A DNA stretch of 11,316 nt, taken from positions 1 to 11,316 of the forward strand of contig JBFXGO010000053.1 in the NCBI GenBank assembly GCA_050239825.1, written 5' to 3'. The notes under the pieces were generated by a model. The model searched no databases, had not been told where the DNA came from, and was given only the letters and a program-made list of their open reading frames with translations. Below, piece by piece: positions 7,803 to 11,316 of the stretch (positions are counted from its first letter, which is position 1; the number at the start of each line of letters is the position of its first letter). Source of the stretch: a bacterium. Its GTDB lineage: Bacteria; Hydrothermota; 32-111. The translations under genes were made by a program, and so were the position numbers.

Positions 7803-9019
7803 TCCAAATACTCCTTTATCTCTTCATTGCTTTGCAATACAAAGATTTTCTTTCCGGACTCTCTGCATAGTCTCTTCAAATCATATCCGTCAAGAGTCAG
7901 TTTGTCCGAATTGAAAATTGATTTATACAGTATTATATCAGATTCCCTGATATTTTCCATAGCATTCAGAATATCTTTGCCTGTCAAAAGACCGCAGACC
8001 GTTATATTTTCACCGAAAAAAGTGTTTTTTGCGGTATAGATTCTCTCGCCTCCGAAATATCTTTTTCTTCTTAAATACTCTGCAAATGAACTTCCTGTAA
8101 GTATAGCTTTATTCTTTTTCAGACGGCGAGATTTAAAGCTCTTAACGCCATCTTCAAAGAGACGCACCATGCCGATGCCATTTTCAATCTGCGGAAAACC
8201 TTTGTAGTAGCCCCTTAAAGGCACATCAAAACCCGCCTTCATGTAAAACTCATCTGACAGATAAACCTTTTTGAATAAATTATCTTCTTTCCATCTTTCA
8301 ATCCTGCATATGAGCTTTTCGGAATATTCCTTTCCAATCGGCAGAAGTTTCGGAAGAGATGTTCTGTATTTTGTAAGACCTACAGGAACAATGCCTGTTG
8401 ATAAAGCATTGTACTTTTTTGCAAATTTAAGAGTCTTCTCAAGATGCTTACCGTCATTCACATTTTTCATCAGAACAATCTGAAAGTGCATCCTGACTTT
8501 TCTTTCAAGGAGGAACACAATTTTCTCCAAGGGATTTTCCCTTCCGAATATTTTCTTCCTTAGATTGTTTTCAACTGCGTGCAGAGAAATATAGAGAGGA
8601 GAGAGCTTGTGCTCCGATATATTTAGAAGCATTCTTTCATTTAGATTTGAAAGAGTTATGAAATTTCCATAAGAAAGCGACTCCCTGTAATCGTCATCCT
8701 TAAAATAAAGCGGGCATCTTAAATGCAAAGGATTCTGGTCAATAAAACAGAATATGCATTTATTTGAGCAGCGCATCATCTTCATTTCCTCAAACTCGCA
8801 ATCAATTCTATTATAATTTTCTTTTCCGACATTTATTAAAACAATTTCATTCTTCTTCTTCTTAATTTCAAACAGCATTGAACCGCGCTCCAGCTCATCC
8901 ATTACTCCAAAATAGTCAAAGACCTCTCTGTGATTTACCTTCAGTATGGAGTCGCCTTCCGAGACACTGTACTTTTTAAAGATGGATTTTTTCCCGACAG
9001 ATGTTATTTTGAGCGGCAT
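7799..9019 (-). CDS. DUF512-containing putative radical SAM protein with N-terminal PDZ-like domain
   Basis: EGDSILKVN (PDZ-like), CSNKCIFCFIDQ (CxxxCxxC), LYFKDDDYR.S..YGNFITLSN, SPLYISLHA, VPVGLTKYR, FPQIENGIG, NTFFGENITVCGLLTG.D. Lies upstream of der, as is common for this family. Confidence 0.93.
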   Translation of the reverse strand: MPLKITSVGKKSIFKKYSVSEGDSILKVNHREVFDYFGVMDELERGSMLFEIKKKKNEIVLINVGKENYNRIDCEFEEMKMMRCSNKCIFCFIDQNPLHLRCPLYFKDDDYRESLSYGNFITLSNLNERMLLNISEHKLSPLYISLHAVENNLRKKIFGRENPLEKIVFLLERKVRMHFQIVLMKNVNDGKHLEKTLKFAKKYNALSTGIVPVGLTKYRTSLPKLLPIGKEYSEKLICRIERWKEDNLFKKVYLSDEFYMKAGFDVPLRGYYKGFPQIENGIGMVRLFEDGVKSFKSRRLKKNKAILTGSSFAEYLRRKRYFGGERIYTAKNTFFGENITVCGLLTGKDILNAMENIRESDIILYKSIFNSDKLTLDGYDLKRLCRESGKKIFVLQSNEEIKEYLE

Positions 9020-9594
9020 TATCTGTAAAACTCTCTTATCCTGTGAAAGAATCTTATCGCGTCATACCCGCTCACGATTCCATTCGGGTAGAATGAGTCG
9101 TTTGCCGTCTCCATTATTCCGCTTGATATCATCATTGCTATGGGTTTGTAAGCAAAGAATGTTTCGTTTACATCTTTAAGTTCAATATCGCGGAAATTGG
9201 CGTCAAAAAACGGATCAATCGTAAGAATATATTTTGTCAGGAGTATGGCAAGCTGGTATCTTGACACAATTTCATCCGGCTTAAATGTGCCGTCAGGGTA
9301 AAGACTCATCATCTGTCTTTTAACGGCAGATAGTATGAGGGATGGGTAGGGATACATCTTTATGTCAAATGGAATCTCCTGAGCGTCAATTTTAACCGTT
9401 ATGGGAAAGTAAATTGAGAATAGGTAAGCAGCATCTTTTCTCGTTATTGCATCCTCTTCCGCTATTGACCTTAGGTCGCTCACATTGGCTGTAAGATAAT
9501 GAAACTGGGATATGTATTTGTCCTTCTTTTTGAAGGGACAGCCTGTAAATATTAAAACAGAAATCAATAGCAATGAAATAACTATTTTCTTCAT
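9019..9594 (-). CDS. Lipoprotein with S-layer homology (SLH) domains
   Basis: Lipobox IFTG-C19. SLH-like units ITRKDAA; FDI..YP..AVK..MSLYPDGTFKPDEIVSRYQLA; KDVNE.FFAY.PI..MISSGIM..DSFYPNGIVSGYDA. Its stop overlaps the next ATG (TAATG). Confidence 0.82.
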   Translation of the reverse strand: MKKIVISLLLISVLIFTGCPFKKKDKYISQFHYLTANVSDLRSIAEEDAITRKDAAYLFSIYFPITVKIDAQEIPFDIKMYPYPSLILSAVKRQMMSLYPDGTFKPDEIVSRYQLAILLTKYILTIDPFFDANFRDIELKDVNETFFAYKPIAMMISSGIMETANDSFYPNGIVSGYDAIRFFHRIREFYR

Positions 9595-9600
9595 ATAAGC

Positions 9601-9609
9601 ATATTACCA
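9601..9609 (-). promoter_or_regulatory. Extended -10 promoter of the SLH-DUF512-der operon, probably leaderless
   Basis: TGgTAATAT (9609-9601), 6 nt, ATG (9594). No SD, weak -35. Confidence 0.5.
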
Positions 9610-9653
9610 TAAAATGCAAGAAAAATAAAGTAGCGGAATCGCACTTATAAATC

Positions 9654-9681
9654 TTGCAAATAGGTTGAAAAATGTTAAAAT
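9654..9681 (+). promoter_or_regulatory. Sigma70-type promoter of the GNAT gene, probably leaderless
   Basis: TTGCAA (9654-9659), 16 nt containing TG at 9673-9674, TAAAAT (9676-9681), 6 nt, ATG (9688). No SD. Confidence 0.65.
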
Positions 9682-9687
9682 GATTTA

Positions 9688-10491
9688 ATGGAGAATTTAA
9701 CAATAAGAAAAGCTGAGGAGAGAGACAGCGGCGGCATATCTCTTCTATCAACCAAGATTTGGGAGGATGATTATCTGGGCCGTCAATTTAAAAGATGGAT
9801 GAACGACGGTAATTTTTTTGTAGCTGAAGTTGAAGGAAAAACGGTCGGCTGTGCCAAAATCTCCATTCTTCCGTCAAAAACAGGATGGCTTGAAGGGCTC
9901 AGGGTTGACCCGGCGTATCAGAAGATGGGCATAGGAAGGGAATTCAACAGAGTTATGGTCGGTAAAATAAAGGAATTGAAATCAAATGGCATAATCGACA
10001 CAATTGAATATTCGACATACTATAAAAACAAGGAATCTCTTCACATGGGTTTCAAAGCTGGATTTAGAATAATTGAAAAATTCATCGCCCTATCTCTTGA
10101 TAAAAGAGGAGAGACAAAACCCATTGATAGATTCAATGCAAGGAAAATCTGGCTCAATGATTACGGAGAGTATATTCCCGCAGGCTGGAAATTTCTACAC
10201 AATAACCCTGAAGGAGTAAACTACCTGTTTGACCATTGCGACATCTATAAAAATAACGAGGTCGAGTTTTATGCTTTCAGAGATGAGAGAGCATTCTGTT
10301 TTTTTGAGAAGAATCTCGCAAACATAATTGATTCCATTCCTTTCATGAGATATCTTGCGAGGCTTGAGGTGGAGATTCTTATACCTGAATTATGGTCTGA
10401 CATTCTTCCCGAACTTTATAAAGCGGGTTTTACTTATTGGGACGAACCTCGAGAGCCGAATGTGTATGTTCTAAGGATGCAAACCGATTAG
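9688..10491 (+). CDS. GNAT family N-acetyltransferase with additional C-terminal domain
   Basis: IRKAEERD, FFVAEVEGKTVG, motif A WLEGLRVDPAYQKMGIG, motif B NKESL.M..KAGF. About 130 further aa are not recognised. Confidence 0.9.
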   Translation: MENLTIRKAEERDSGGISLLSTKIWEDDYLGRQFKRWMNDGNFFVAEVEGKTVGCAKISILPSKTGWLEGLRVDPAYQKMGIGREFNRVMVGKIKELKSNGIIDTIEYSTYYKNKESLHMGFKAGFRIIEKFIALSLDKRGETKPIDRFNARKIWLNDYGEYIPAGWKFLHNNPEGVNYLFDHCDIYKNNEVEFYAFRDERAFCFFEKNLANIIDSIPFMRYLARLEVEILIPELWSDILPELYKAGFTYWDEPREPNVYVLRMQTD

Positions 10492-10498
10492 AAAGAGA

Positions 10499-10720
10499 TT
10501 ACCTAATTATTATCTGTTTTTCTGTGATTGATTCATTGTCTGTTTTCAGTTTCACAAAGTATATCCCATTCTTTAATGCTCTGATGTCTGTCTTGTGTTC
10601 TCCGTTTGTCTTTGATTCTTCTCTGATTAATTCTCTGCCGGATATGTCGTAAACTGTTTATGTTGCTTCTGTATTTGTATTCCATATTATGTATTGGCTC
10701 TTGATTGTGGGGACAGTACA
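10499..10720 (-). pseudogene. Orphaned T9SS-type C-terminal sorting domain (3' end of a disrupted secreted-protein gene)
   Basis: Manual translation: CTVPTIKSQYIIWNTNTEAT*TVYDISGRELIREESKTNGEHKTDIRALKNGIYFVKLKTDNESITEKQIIIR*. Aligns with the tail of 778..2673. In-frame TAA at 10660-10658; cut upstream by the IS end. Confidence 0.88.
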
Positions 10721-10746
10721 GGGAGTATAATAAAAGTTGTGTAAAA
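10721..10746 (+). repeat. IS256-type left inverted repeat
   Basis: GGGAGTATAATAAAAGTTGTGTAAAA. Core 10734-10745 is the exact reverse complement of 11115-11126. Followed by SD-like AAGGAG at 10751-10756. Confidence 0.8.
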
Positions 10747-10764
10747 TCAAAAGGAGTGGTATAT

Positions 10765-11108
10765 AATAAGATTAATGAGAAGGAGACATTGAACCGAATA
10801 ATGAAGAGTGAGCGAGAGATATATCTGTCAAGTAATGATGATTATGCTAATGGGTATATTGAGCGGGGACAAGGTTCGCTTTCTATACTACCAACTCCGT
10901 CGAATCCTTTAACTCCGTCCTCGAACACATTCGTCAGCAAAAGGGCGGCTTCTTCCAATCCGAAGACATCCTCTTCATAAATATTTATATCCGTTACCTA
11001 AATATGTTACCTAAATGGAAAAACGGTTACCCTAAAATCATTGCTAAATTATATTACCTCTGCCAATCCTTCGTTAATCTCTTTGGAGAACTCCCTTATG
11101 AATACTAA
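10765..11108 (+). pseudogene. IS256-family transposase remnant (N-terminal and C-terminal pieces fused out of frame)
   Basis: 10765-~10875: NKINEKETLNRIMKSEREIYLSSNDDYANGYIERG (the E-R..YL..NGY..R N-terminal pattern). 10881-11108, in another frame: FYTTNSVESFNSVLEHIRQQKGGFFQSEDILFINIYIRYLNMLPKWKNGYPKIIAKLYYLCQSFVNLFGELPYEY* (YTTN..E..N catalytic-Glu motif). Confidence 0.85.
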
Positions 11109-11316
11109 TCCCTCTTTACACAACTTCCTTGACAAGTCTCGGCTTCTGCAAATGAAAACTTCCTCTCTATTCCTCCTATGTTTTCAACTGCCTCTCCTGA
11201 TCCGTCATTGTATAATACATAACCGCCTCCGCCCATGGGAAGCAGGATGTCATTACCCTCTTTTACTTCAATCTCTCTGCTATTATTATCGTTTAAGTCA
11301 AGTTTTCTGTAATTCC
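11105..11316 (-). pseudogene. 3' part of a CDS entering from beyond the window, truncated by the IS at 11140
   Basis: Open frame 11314-11141: NYRKLDLNDNNSREIEVKEGNDILLPMGGGGYVLYNDGSGEAVENIGGIERKFSFAEA. It then reads into the IR (ETCQGSCVKRD) and stops at TAG 11107-11105. The start lies outside the window. Confidence 0.7.
11115..11140 (-). repeat. IS256-type right inverted repeat
   Basis: Plus strand TTTACACAACTTCCTTGACAAGTCTC, 6 nt after the transposase stop. Contains an outward-facing TTGACA (11129-11134). Confidence 0.85.

Larger units (their letters stand above)
10721..11140 (+). mobile_element. Internally deleted IS256-family element, 420 bp, non-autonomous
   Basis: Imperfect ~26-bp terminal inverted repeats with a shared core AAGTTGTGTAAA. 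Contains N- and C-terminal fragments of a Mutator/IS256 transposase. No target-site duplication seen. Left end uncertain by 1 nt. Confidence 0.85.

Noticed and set aside
445..10652. Short alternative-frame and antisense ORFs from the track (e.g. 445-639, 978-1232, 1335-1676, 5894-6276, 6598-7410, 9392-9751, 10437-10652)
   Set aside because: They overlap well-supported genes or remnants and show no motifs or initiation signals.
10658..10660. In-frame TAA as evidence for stop-codon reassignment
   Set aside because: TAA ends several intact genes here, and this one lies in a fragment already cut by an IS. A point mutation is simpler.
10709..10871. GGGGACA direct repeat (10709-10715 and 10865-10871) as a target-site duplication
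   Set aside because: One copy is in the flank and one is inside the IS, and neither abuts the IRs. A 7-bp match can be chance.
10705..10980. 91-aa plus-strand ORF as a real gene
   Set aside because: It starts outside the IS, crosses the left IR, carries the transposase N-terminus and then reads the C-terminal fragment in the wrong frame.
10993..11038. GTTACCTAAAT twice plus GTTACCCTAAAAT as an iteron, operator or CRISPR-like repeat
   Set aside because: Short, irregularly spaced and inside the transposase C-terminal coding frame. No spacers or cas genes.
11129..11160. Hybrid outward promoter from the right-IR TTGACA into the flank
   Set aside because: No credible -10 hexamer 16-18 nt downstream at this insertion site.

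Overview
AT-rich bacterial window. Two Por/T9SS-type C-terminal sorting domains suggest an FCB-related lineage (inference). From left to right on the minus strand: two truncated GATC-type restriction-modification relics (a DpnI-like nuclease N-terminus and a DpnA-like DPPY methyltransferase N-terminus), then an intact secreted Asp-box protein with a T9SS-type tail. A plus-strand operon follows (small hypothetical protein, EamA/DMT transporter, YigZ). It converges on a tightly coupled minus-strand operon: SLH lipoprotein, PDZ/radical-SAM DUF512, der, plsY, MerR-HTH, and an unusual REC-HisKA-REC protein with no ATPase domain. A divergent GNAT gene comes next. The last ~820 bp, unexplained by the ORF track, hold a 420-bp internally deleted IS256-family element between two pieces of T9SS-cargo-like coding sequence. 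Its asymmetric ends would form a consensus TTGACA-17-TATAAT promoter at a circle junction. Most first genes of transcription units appear leaderless (-10 hexamer, 6 nt, ATG), and GATC looks depleted.
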